From NCBI GenBank assembly GCA_030638405.1, contig DAOWER010000176.1, forward strand, positions 1 through 40,464: DNA of 40,464 bases, in the 5' to 3' direction. Source of the DNA: Candidatus Eiseniibacteriota bacterium. Lineage in GTDB: Bacteria; Joyebacterota; Joyebacteria; Joyebacterales; Joyebacteraceae. Shown piece by piece: positions 1-8,224 of the stretch; positions within the stretch are counted from its first letter, which is position 1, and every line of letters begins with the position of its first letter. The translations under genes and the position numbers were made by a program. Below the pieces are notes generated by a model that worked only from the letters and a program-made list of their open reading frames with translations, ran no database searches and was not told the origin of the DNA.

Positions 1-1388
1 ATCCCGTCGCGGTCGCCGCGCGCGGCCATTTCATAAAGCGCAGCACAGACGGACGAAACATGCGGGCGGGCACAGATGAGACCGGCTCTTATTAACAAAA
101 TCTTGTCGTATTCGGTTCTCGACAGGGTCTCCGAGGAGGACCAGAGCTCCTCGTGCAGCTTCTCGCCGGGACGGAGACCGCAGAACTCTATAGCTATATC
201 CGTGCCGGGTTCCAGGCCGGATAACCTAATGACGTGCTCCGCGAGTTCTACTATCCGGATGGGGTCACCCATGTCCAGCACGTAGATCTCTCCGCCGCGG
301 CCGGCGAAGCCGGCCTCCAGGACGAGCATGGCGGCCTCGCGGATGGTCATGAAGTAGCGCGTGACGTCCGGGTGCGTGACCGTTACGGGCCCGCCGAGCC
401 GTACCTGCTGCTGGAACATCGGGACAACACTGCCGCGGCTGCCCAGCACGTTGCCGAAGCGCACTGCGATAAGCTTGGTCCGGCACCCCTCCGCCGTCTT
501 CCTCAGCATCGTCAGCTCGGCGAGGCGCTTCGATGCTCCCATGACGCCTCTGGGACGCACCGCCTTGTCGGTCGAGAGCATCACCAAGCGGTCGACGCCG
601 TACCGCTCGGCCGCTTCGATCAACCTGCGGGTGCCGGTGACGTTGTTCTTGATGGCCTCGTCCGGGAAAAACTCCATGAGATGGACGTGCTTGTGCGCCG
701 CCGCATGGAACACCACCTCCGGACGGTGCTCGGAGAAGACCTTCTCCAGTGCCACCTCGTCAGCGACGCTGCCGATGATGGGCACCCTGTTGACGTCCGG
801 GTGGTCGATGGCAAGTTCCCTGTCGATCTCGTAGACGCTGTTCTCCCCCCGTCCCATCAGGAGGATGCTCGAGGGCCCGAACCCGGCAACGAGCCTGACC
901 AGCTCGGACCCGATAGAGCCGCCGGCGCCGGTGATGAGGACAATGCGACCCTGGATGTAGGCCGTCATCTTCTCGGCGTCGAGCGCGACCGTCTCGCGTC
1001 CCAGCAGATCCTCGAGCTCAAGTTCCCTGATCTGGCTGAACTGAACGTCGCCGAGGATTATCTCCCACACGCCGGGGACGATCTTGAATGAGCTCCCAGC
1101 CTCCTCACACAGCCTGACCACCTCGCGGATGGTGTGGCCCGATGCGGAGGGTATGGCGATCACCACTTCCTGAATCTCGTGTTCAACGACGACGGTCGTA
1201 AGGTCCGCTATGACGCCAAGCACCGGAGCGCCGGCGATCATCTGCCCCAGCTTCGCCGGATCGTCATCGAGGAATCCCACGACGACGTAGCCCTGCTCGA
1301 GCCGAACGGCCATCTCCGTCGCGGCCATGGTCCCCGCGGACCCGGCGCCGACCACCAGCGTGCGCACTCTCTTGTCCTGCTCGTTCAT
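1..1388 (-). CDS. CapD/PglF/WbpM-like NDP-sugar 4,6-dehydratase (polysaccharide biosynthesis protein), short soluble form; 3' end lies beyond the window edge
   Basis: Absent from the ORF track because the frame leaves the window without a stop. Manual minus-strand translation from ATG 1388..1386 gives MNEQDKRVRTLVVGAGSAGTMAA...VLITGAGGSIGSELVRLV...FHAAAHKHVHLME...LSTDKAVRPRGVMGASKRLAE...RFGNVLGSRGSVVPMF...THPDVTRYFMTIREA. These are the Rossmann GxGGxxG, STDKAV/MGASKR and RFGNV signatures of this family. The plus-strand ORF 234..1091 is its antisense shadow. Confidence 0.85.
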   Translation of the reverse strand, partial: MNEQDKRVRTLVVGAGSAGTMAATEMAVRLEQGYVVVGFLDDDPAKLGQMIAGAPVLGVIADLTTVVVEHEIQEVVIAIPSASGHTIREVVRLCEEAGSSFKIVPGVWEIILGDVQFSQIRELELEDLLGRETVALDAEKMTAYIQGRIVLITGAGGSIGSELVRLVAGFGPSSILLMGRGENSVYEIDRELAIDHPDVNRVPIIGSVADEVALEKVFSEHRPEVVFHAAAHKHVHLMEFFPDEAIKNNVTGTRRLIEAAERYGVDRLVMLSTDKAVRPRGVMGASKRLAELTMLRKTAEGCRTKLIAVRFGNVLGSRGSVVPMFQQQVRLGGPVTVTHPDVTRYFMTIREAAMLVLEAGFAGRGGEIYVLDMGDPIRIVELAEHVIRLSGLEPGTDIAIEFCGLRPGEKLHEELWSSSETLSRTEYDKILLIRAGLICARPHVSSVCAALYEMAARGDRDG

Positions 1389-1391
1389 CGT

Positions 1392-2744
1392 CTACCTTAT
1401 GATGGCTACTTTCGTGAAGATCAGCTCACCCGTGGGCGTCTCCACCCTGATCACATAGACGCCGCTGGGCACCTCGTTCAGGTTCGCGTCCAGCGAATCC
1501 CAGACGTAGGGCTCGCGCGTCGCGGAGAGTCTCCGGACGGCCTGCCCTGTGATATCAAAAATCTCGACGGTGGAACCTTCCGGCGCGCCCTGGACCTTGA
1601 TCGACTCGGTCGACTCCCCTTCCTTCCAGGGGTTCGGGTAGACGAAGACGCCGCTGTCGAGTCCGAATCCGGTCTCGAGCATGTTCAGCAACGTCTCTCC
1701 CGTGCTCATCTCCTCGGTGACCGCCCACACCGTGCCGCCGGTCCGGCCGACCGCGATCAGCTGGACAAGGTCGTGCTTCAGACCATCTGCCGTCGTGTAG
1801 AGCTTGGCCAGTTCGCCGCTCGAATAGAGCATCGCAACGCCCTGGTCGGTCGCGGCCCACACGTGGCCCTGCGCGTCCTCGGCCACGTCTGTGACCTCGT
1901 CCACGTCCAGGTCAGCAAGCACGGTCCACGTCTCACCGGCCGCGTCGAGGACGGCAAGCCCGTTGTTGCCGCCCAGCCACACGCGTCCGTCCGACGCCAC
2001 GAGCACAGCGTGGATTGCGTCACTCGGCAGGCCGTCTGCCTGCCCGTAATGGGTGATCGTGTCGTCATCGTGGGTGTAGTAGTCTCCGTAGTCCCACACG
2101 TCGACCCCCCGTCGCTGCCAGTAGACGATCCACAATCTTTCCTGCTGGTCCACCGCGAGCGCTCTAACGTCCCTCCTCTCGAACCCCGGGAAGTCTTCGT
2201 GGGAGTATGTGAGCCACTCATCGTCCGAGGTCGTGGTTGGGTCATTCTCTATCAGGAGTTCGAGTTTCGACGGTTGGTTCGGCGTCTCGTCTTTGATCCC
2301 GAACCACTTGTTGCCGTTACCGTCCTCCGCAATCGAGAAAACGCGTGGGCTGCTCAGCTCGCCCGGCTGGCTGTAGTACGTCCACGTGTCGTCGCTCTTG
2401 TCCGTGAATGTCCCACCGTCATTGAGACGGTCCACGGTCTGTGTGCCATCCTTCGACGTCCACTTCTCTCCGCTGGCATCGACCAGGATGGTGTTGTGCC
2501 AGGCGTTGCTTCGCAGCCCCCCGTCGGCGACCGTGTGCAGAACCCACGTCAAACCGTCGTACGCCAGGAGCCCGTCAAGGTCCGTGGAGAGCCAGACGAC
2601 ACCGCCGTCCATGGCGATGTCGCTGAGCTTCGGATTCCCGCCGCTCGGCCCGTCCGGCAGCGGCACTTCCTGCCACTCCTGGGCCCGCGCTGTGAACGGA
2701 AGCGCCAGTGCGGCGACCAGTGACACCAGCAGTAGTAGTCTCAT
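1392..2744 (-). CDS. Secreted beta-propeller protein (Reg_prop-like repeats) with T9SS type-A / FlgD-Ig-like C-terminal sorting domain
   Basis: Signal peptide MRLLLLVSLVAALALPFTARA. Repeated W-x-G/T-x-x-G-L/V blades (VWLSTDLDGLLAYDG, WFGIKDE, LWIVYWQ, VWLGGNNGLAVLD, VWAATDQGVAMLY, VWAVTEE). C-terminus VFVYPNPWKEG...VEIFDITGQAV...PSGVYVIRVETPTGELIFTKVAIIR matches the YPNP...GVY CTD pattern. AAGGAG RBS lies 8 nt upstream of the ATG. Confidence 0.75.
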   Translation of the reverse strand: MRLLLLVSLVAALALPFTARAQEWQEVPLPDGPSGGNPKLSDIAMDGGVVWLSTDLDGLLAYDGLTWVLHTVADGGLRSNAWHNTILVDASGEKWTSKDGTQTVDRLNDGGTFTDKSDDTWTYYSQPGELSSPRVFSIAEDGNGNKWFGIKDETPNQPSKLELLIENDPTTTSDDEWLTYSHEDFPGFERRDVRALAVDQQERLWIVYWQRRGVDVWDYGDYYTHDDDTITHYGQADGLPSDAIHAVLVASDGRVWLGGNNGLAVLDAAGETWTVLADLDVDEVTDVAEDAQGHVWAATDQGVAMLYSSGELAKLYTTADGLKHDLVQLIAVGRTGGTVWAVTEEMSTGETLLNMLETGFGLDSGVFVYPNPWKEGESTESIKVQGAPEGSTVEIFDITGQAVRRLSATREPYVWDSLDANLNEVPSGVYVIRVETPTGELIFTKVAIIR

Positions 2745-2841
2745 GGTTGCGTGCTCCTTACATGCGAAAACCGGGCCAGCTCAAGCTGCCTGGCTGGTCG
2801 GCGGACCCGCTCGATGCGGCGGCTTCGTCCGACGCGCCGCG

Positions 2842-5091
2842 TCAGTCGGAAGCGTGCGGTCTGTGCGGGACATGGGGCCGGTCCGACGAACCGGGTTCGA
2901 CCGACACATCGGCCCAGCCCAGAAGACACTGCATGAACCATCTCATCAGGATCTTGGTGTCCCCTCCGAGCGACCAGTCCTGCACGTAGTAGGCGTCCAG
3001 CGCCGCGAGTTCGTCCGGAGAGCTCTCTCCCTCCGCCGCGGACACTCGGGCGAGGCCGGTGATCCCCGGCCTCGCATCGAAACGAAGCCGCTCCCTCAGG
3101 CCGAGAGCCCCCGTGTCCACCGGGGCTACGGCCTGAGGACCGACGAAGCTCATCTCGCCCTTCAGCACGTTGATGACGAAAGGGAAGACCGAAAGCCCAT
3201 GCCGCAGCGCGAACCTCCTGAGCGCTGCCGGCTCGTCGGTATGATTGAGGGTGTGCATGTTGAAAGTCCGTCCCCCCAGGCCCGCCCGCTGAATGGACGA
3301 GAGAGGTCCGGTTCTTCTGCCGATGAGGGTCGCGACGGACGTCACGACGAGAAGCGGCACCCAGGCGACCACGAGGACTGCTGCCCCGACGGCGTCGAGC
3401 GCACGCTTGGTTCCGGCACCGGCTCTCAGGAGCGCTTCCCGCTCGAACGCGACGACGGGAAGGTCGAGGAACTCCTCGACCTTGGCTCGCTGCGTCAGGA
3501 TGCCGGTGAGCCCGGACACCATCTTGACGTCGACGGCGCTTCTTCTCGCCTTGAGGAGGAAGTCGGCGATCCTGTCGTGAGAGATCTCCGGGTCGGCGAA
3601 TATCACTTCCCCGATCCGGTGCTTCTCGATCAGATCGGGCAGCTCCTCCAGGCGTCCGATAACCGGGAAGCCCGGGGGGCGTTCGCCTCCGTCGACGGAA
3701 ACGAGCCCCGCCAGGTCATAGCCCAGTGCGGAGTGGGCGAGCAACCTCTCCGCCACTCTGCGGGATGTCTCATCCGTGCCGACCACCGCGGCTCTCGTCA
3801 GGTCGAATCGCCCGGCGCGCACCAGCCCGTGGAGCCTCCTGAGCCCCATCCGCAGGGAGACTGTCAGCACGATGGCCAGCACGCAGAACGCGCCGACCAG
3901 CACGCGGGAGTACACGGTTCGCGACGTGAGATACGTGCTCGCCATCAGGATGATCGCGGCGACGGCCGTCGCCCTGAAAACCCTCAGGGTCACGTCCGAT
4001 GCCCTCTCCCTCTCGATGGAGGTCCCGTACAGCCCGAAGAACCCGTACGAGAACACGAACACGAGGTTGGCAAAGACCAGGAACGCTCCGTAGACAGAGA
4101 CCCCGAACATCGGTTTTTCCAGAAGCCCTTTCAGACTGGACCTCAGGACGTAGGCGAGCGCGAAACCGCCGTTGATGGCGACCAGGTCGCTGACCAGTAG
4201 AGCCGAGTTAGTGAGCACGCGCCTGTACTTCTTCAATCCGTAGATCGCTTTCCCCCACTTCTCGTAGAAGTGGATCATGGAGAGCCCGTGCGCGATGAGC
4301 TGCTTGGACAGCCCAGGTCGCGCGCTCTCCCGCGCGTGGCGGTGGCGCATGACGGAGTCGGCGACGTACCAGACCTTCCAGCCGCTCTGCCACACCCTGT
4401 AGCACCAGTCGACGTCCTCGAAGTACAGGAAGAAGCGCTCGTCCATTCCGCCGAAGTCCGCGAGCGCCGTCCTCCGCACGATCATGCATGCCCCGATGAC
4501 CCAGTCCACCTCTCTCGACTCCTCATGGTCGAAGTCGAGCATCAGGTAGTTCGATATCGTGCGGCCCTTCTCCAGGAGCTTCCCCAGCGGCGTCCGCCGA
4601 AGCACGAGCGTCCAGAAGGTGTAGAAGCGCCTGCATGAGTACTGCAGAGACCCATCGGGATTCAGCAGTTTTGCCCCGGCGATTCCGACGTCCGGGTGCT
4701 CGTCCATGAACGATACGAGTCGGTCCAGCGCGTCCGGGAGCACCACGATGTCAGGATTGAGCACTAGGACGTAGCGTGCCGTCGCCTCCGCGATGCCCTG
4801 ATTGACCGCCCTGGAATACCCAAGGTTCCTCCCGTTGGCCACCAGACGGACCTCGGGGTGCTCCCGCTCCACGAACTCCACCGTACCGTCCGCGGAGCCG
4901 TTGTCGACGACCACAGTCTCGGAACGTAGGGAGGCAACGCTGTCGCGCACCGACGCCAGGCACTGGCCGAGCTCCGGCAGGCTGTTGTAGCCGACGATGA
5001 CAATCGAGAGATCGGGCTCGGAAGGCGAGCTCACGGCCTTCTCAGGATCCGTCCGATCCTCAGGCGCCACACCAACCACATCGCCTCCCAT
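2842..5091 (-). CDS. Fusion protein: N-terminal GT2 glycosyltransferase + TM segment + WbaP-like polyprenyl-phosphate sugar-phosphate transferase domain (catalytic motifs look degenerate)
   Basis: GT2 motifs LSIVIVGYNS, VVVDNGSADGT, LVLNPD, FFLYFEDVDWCYR. Hydrophobic helices around residues 300-420. WbaP-type linker AAVVGTDETSRRVAERLL. Bac_transf-like NVLKGEMSFVGP, RPGITG, YYVQDWSL. Start is uncertain: ATG at 5091 overlaps the upstream gene by 61 nt, and the in-frame GTG at 5034 gives a GTGA overlap with the upstream stop and is at least as likely. Confidence 0.8.
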   Translation of the reverse strand: MGGDVVGVAPEDRTDPEKAVSSPSEPDLSIVIVGYNSLPELGQCLASVRDSVASLRSETVVVDNGSADGTVEFVEREHPEVRLVANGRNLGYSRAVNQGIAEATARYVLVLNPDIVVLPDALDRLVSFMDEHPDVGIAGAKLLNPDGSLQYSCRRFYTFWTLVLRRTPLGKLLEKGRTISNYLMLDFDHEESREVDWVIGACMIVRRTALADFGGMDERFFLYFEDVDWCYRVWQSGWKVWYVADSVMRHRHARESARPGLSKQLIAHGLSMIHFYEKWGKAIYGLKKYRRVLTNSALLVSDLVAINGGFALAYVLRSSLKGLLEKPMFGVSVYGAFLVFANLVFVFSYGFFGLYGTSIERERASDVTLRVFRATAVAAIILMASTYLTSRTVYSRVLVGAFCVLAIVLTVSLRMGLRRLHGLVRAGRFDLTRAAVVGTDETSRRVAERLLAHSALGYDLAGLVSVDGGERPPGFPVIGRLEELPDLIEKHRIGEVIFADPEISHDRIADFLLKARRSAVDVKMVSGLTGILTQRAKVEEFLDLPVVAFEREALLRAGAGTKRALDAVGAAVLVVAWVPLLVVTSVATLIGRRTGPLSSIQRAGLGGRTFNMHTLNHTDEPAALRRFALRHGLSVFPFVINVLKGEMSFVGPQAVAPVDTGALGLRERLRFDARPGITGLARVSAAEGESSPDELAALDAYYVQDWSLGGDTKILMRWFMQCLLGWADVSVEPGSSDRPHVPHRPHASD

Positions 5092-5744
5092 ACGATCCGC
5101 CTGGACATCTTCGATGTGCCGGAGTGACGGTCCACGAACACGATGGGGATCTCGACCATCGAGAAGCCCCTCCTCCAGCTCCTGAAGTTCACCTCGATCT
5201 GAAACGAGTATCCGTCAGACCTGATGGAATCCAGCTCGATCTCAGCCAGGACCTTCCTGTGGAAACACTTGAAGCCGCCCGTCGAGTCGCGCAGCGGCAG
5301 CCCCGTGACGATGTGCGTGTACACATTGGCGAAGTAGCTCAGAAACAGTCGTCTGAGGGGCCAGTTGACCACATTGGCGCCGGTGATGTACCGCGAGCCC
5401 AGAACGACGTCGTGCGTGGCCGCCTGCTCGACGAGCTCGGGGATCACGTCGGGGTCATGTGAGAAGTCGGCGTCCATCTGAATGATGAGTTCGGTGTCCG
5501 TGGTGAGCGCCTGCGTGAAGGCGTAGACATACGCGGAGCCCAGCCCCATCTTCCCCGGCCGGTGCAGCACGTGGACGCGCGGGTCCTCGGCCGCCACCGA
5601 GTCCGCGTACCCGCCCGTGCCGTCCGGGGAACCGTCGTCGACGACCAGCATCTCGATATCAGGGAGCTGCCCGAGGACGCGGGGTATCAGCTCCTCCAGG
5701 TTCGCCCTCTCGTTGTACGTGGGCACTACCACGGTGGTCTTCAT
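5031..5744 (-). CDS. Polyprenol-phosphate mannosyltransferase-like GT2 (Dpm1/Ppm1 catalytic-domain type)
   Basis: MKTTVVVPTYNERANLEELIPRVL...MLVVDDGSPDGT...HRPGKMGLGSAYVYAF...IQMDADFSHDP...VLGSRYI...RDSTGGFKCF...GYSFQIE...VDRHSGTSKMS. Start moved from the ORF-track ATG 5780 to ATG 5744, which forms an ATGA overlap with the yfhO-like stop (forward tcat at 5741..5744). Confidence 0.85.
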   Translation of the reverse strand: MKTTVVVPTYNERANLEELIPRVLGQLPDIEMLVVDDGSPDGTGGYADSVAAEDPRVHVLHRPGKMGLGSAYVYAFTQALTTDTELIIQMDADFSHDPDVIPELVEQAATHDVVLGSRYITGANVVNWPLRRLFLSYFANVYTHIVTGLPLRDSTGGFKCFHRKVLAEIELDSIRSDGYSFQIEVNFRSWRRGFSMVEIPIVFVDRHSGTSKMSRRIVWEAMWLVWRLRIGRILRRP

Positions 5745-8131
5745 GCAGAGGTTCCCCCATCCCGGCCGCGGAGCGGCCACACGAGAAGACCCACCAGAGC
5801 CGCGGCCGCAAGGAGGCTGACGAAGAGGCCGCGCCGCAGGTGGGACGGGACGTACCTCATCACTACGGTGTGCTCACCGGGCGTAAGATACACGGATCTC
5901 AGAGCGTAGTCGGTTCGATAGATGGTCGTCTCAATGCCGTCAATCGACGCTTTCCACCCCGGCGGATAGTATACCTCCGAAAAGACGAGAAGACAAGGTT
6001 GCCGGATGCTGGCGCGCACGCGGGTCTCGTGCGGCTCGTAGGAGACGAGCTCGGCCGTGCTCCCCTCGGTGCCGAGCACCGGCCCGGGGAGCTCGTCCAT
6101 CAGAATCGCGGTCTGCGCCGGGTTGAAGCTGTCGATTCCCAGTTCTATCAGTGCCATGTTCTCGCGCGCGACCTGCTTGACGGAGCCCACCAGAAAGACC
6201 CTCGGGAGCGCCGCGAGATTCTCGTGCACCCCGGGCCCCACGGACACGAACGCCTCGTGATCCAGCTCCTCCGGTCCGACGACGTATTTGACGTTGAGGA
6301 GAGCCAGCAACTTCAGGTTGCCGACACCAACTGTGTTCAGGAGGTCGTCCGCGACCGCCAGTTTGGCGGGGTGGTAGCCCCCGACCGTCTCGATCCGATG
6401 GTACATCCACGCGTTCGAGGAGAACTGCCTGTCGAGGGGCGCGATTCTGAACACGCCCTCCTGACGCTTCAGGAACGACACGGCCGGTGTCGCCCTGTAG
6501 TACTGATCGAGAGGCTTCATCTTCTCCGGGTGCATGAAGCGAGCGTCCACCACGGCCACGTCCCAGACCACCAATCCGAGGAGCAGGGCGAAGACGAGCG
6601 GACGCTGCAGCTTGCGTGTTCGGGCGACGAAGACGGCCACCCCGGAGGCGGCAGCGAACGCGAGCAGGATTCCCGCGTCCCGGAACGCCATGGTGCCCGC
6701 ACGTGCGCCCAGGTCGCGGAGGGCCGCTACCGGAGCGCCGGCGTGCCTGATCATGAGAGCGGTGGTCGCCGCGGATCCTATCGCCCCGCGGGACGCCAGC
6801 ACGATCAAACCGACGGCTCCTCCGACCGCGGCGCAGCCCACGGCCCACCGCACCATGCTTCCCCGACGCTGCCCGGACTCCCCAAGCAGCACCGACGCAC
6901 CGTAGCCCGCGAGGGCCGCGAGCGAGAACTGCGCCAGTATCAGCGACATCGCGGGTACCCTGAAGCGACGGAAGCCCGGCAGGAACTGATAGATGAGCTT
7001 GTAGACCGGCCCGATGTGCCGCCCGAACGCCATGAAGATCCCGACGGCCGTAAGGACCAGAAGGAAGCCGACGCCCAGGTCCTTCCTGCGAATCACGGCG
7101 ACCGCGGCGAGGCAGAGGACGACGTAACCGACGTAGTGAGACACCTGCGTGAAAGGCATGGTCCCCCAGTACGTCTCGTTGGCGAGGCCGAAGAGAGACG
7201 GGACCAGGAAGGTGAGGAGCTCCTTGGGGTGCAGCGACCACATCACCGCCTTGTCGAAGCCCATCCCGCCCGCTTCCACGGCGCGGGTCGAGAACTCCGA
7301 GTAGCTCATGAGGGGCAGGAGGAGGACGGCCGCCAACAGGGCCGACAGAACGCCTCCGATCGCCACGGACCCGACGCTTGAGCCAAGCGCGTTCCACGGT
7401 TCACCGGCCCTTCGGCGGACCACGAGGTAGTAGATCACGAGGACCAGGACGGCCAGCCACGTGTAGTAGCTTATCTGCACGTGCCGCGCGAGGAACTGCA
7501 GGCCGCCCACAAGGCCGAGGACCGCGATCCAGCGCCTGTCGGCCGACTCCATCAGCTTGTGCGCGGCCATCAGCACGAGCGGGAGGTACGCGGTCGCGAG
7601 GATCTTCCCTCCGTGCCCGATCGTTGCTAGACCTATCAGATGTGGCGACAGCATGAACGCTATGCCGGCGACAACAGCGCCGCCGTGCCCGACCTTCCGG
7701 GAGCGAAGGTAGAAGAACGTGCCGAGCGCGGCCAGTTCGTAGTGCAGGAAGAGGAAGAAGAGCCTGGGCAGCTCGACGCCCGGGATCTTCTCCAGTGCGA
7801 ACTTGATCCAGTAGCTCGGGTAGACGAACGCGCTCCAGCTCATGCTGTCGAAGAACGGCATGCCCGAGAAGATGTATGGGTTCCACAACGGGAAGCGCCC
7901 CGCACCCATCTGCTCGACCGCGTAGTCCTCGAAGACGGCCGCGGCCGCGAGGACGTCACCGCCCGTCAGGATCTCACCAAGAAAGACCACGCGCCAGAAG
8001 AAGATAAGGCCCGCCGCCACGATGAGAAGGATAGAGATGAGTGTCGAGCGGCTTCCGAACAGAGGGGGCGCTTCGGCGTCCATCGGCGCGCGGCCCTCGT
8101 GTTCCTTGCCGTGTCGTTTCTTGCCCTTCAT
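5741..8131 (-). CDS. YfhO-family polytopic membrane glycosyltransferase (GT-C-like)
   Basis: 796 aa with many TM helices. N-terminal PLWNPYIFSGMPFF motif. C-terminal extracytoplasmic domain ending VYYPPGWKASIDG...YRTDYALRSVYLTPGEHTVVMRYVP, typical of the YfhO family. Confidence 0.8.
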   Translation of the reverse strand: MKGKKRHGKEHEGRAPMDAEAPPLFGSRSTLISILLIVAAGLIFFWRVVFLGEILTGGDVLAAAAVFEDYAVEQMGAGRFPLWNPYIFSGMPFFDSMSWSAFVYPSYWIKFALEKIPGVELPRLFFLFLHYELAALGTFFYLRSRKVGHGGAVVAGIAFMLSPHLIGLATIGHGGKILATAYLPLVLMAAHKLMESADRRWIAVLGLVGGLQFLARHVQISYYTWLAVLVLVIYYLVVRRRAGEPWNALGSSVGSVAIGGVLSALLAAVLLLPLMSYSEFSTRAVEAGGMGFDKAVMWSLHPKELLTFLVPSLFGLANETYWGTMPFTQVSHYVGYVVLCLAAVAVIRRKDLGVGFLLVLTAVGIFMAFGRHIGPVYKLIYQFLPGFRRFRVPAMSLILAQFSLAALAGYGASVLLGESGQRRGSMVRWAVGCAAVGGAVGLIVLASRGAIGSAATTALMIRHAGAPVAALRDLGARAGTMAFRDAGILLAFAAASGVAVFVARTRKLQRPLVFALLLGLVVWDVAVVDARFMHPEKMKPLDQYYRATPAVSFLKRQEGVFRIAPLDRQFSSNAWMYHRIETVGGYHPAKLAVADDLLNTVGVGNLKLLALLNVKYVVGPEELDHEAFVSVGPGVHENLAALPRVFLVGSVKQVARENMALIELGIDSFNPAQTAILMDELPGPVLGTEGSTAELVSYEPHETRVRASIRQPCLLVFSEVYYPPGWKASIDGIETTIYRTDYALRSVYLTPGEHTVVMRYVPSHLRRGLFVSLLAAAALVGLLVWPLRGRDGGTSA

Positions 8132-8177
8132 GGCGTTTCTCTCCTCTGCTGGTTCCTTCGACTGCCTTGGGGACCGG

Positions 8178-8187
8178 CCCCCCCCCC
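8178..8187. repeat. Homopolymeric C10 (G10 on the transcribed minus strand) in the wzx-like/yfhO-like spacer
   Basis: Read directly: ggaccgg-cccccccccc-ggcgc. It lies about 46 nt upstream of the yfhO-like ATG (8131) and is flanked by GC-rich imperfect inverted repeats. Confidence 0.85.
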
Positions 8188-8224
8188 GGCGCTGAGCTCA
8201 CGCGGGAGCGCGGGGCGAGTCGAG

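Noticed and set aside
234-4200. Long plus-strand ORFs 234..1091, 1134..2723 (529 aa) and 2386..4200 (604 aa)
   Set aside because: They are antisense to genes with clear family motifs (CapD-like, T9SS propeller, GT2::PGT). Their translations are Arg/Pro/Gly/His-rich with no recognisable motifs. This is the typical stop-codon-poor antisense frame of GC-rich DNA.
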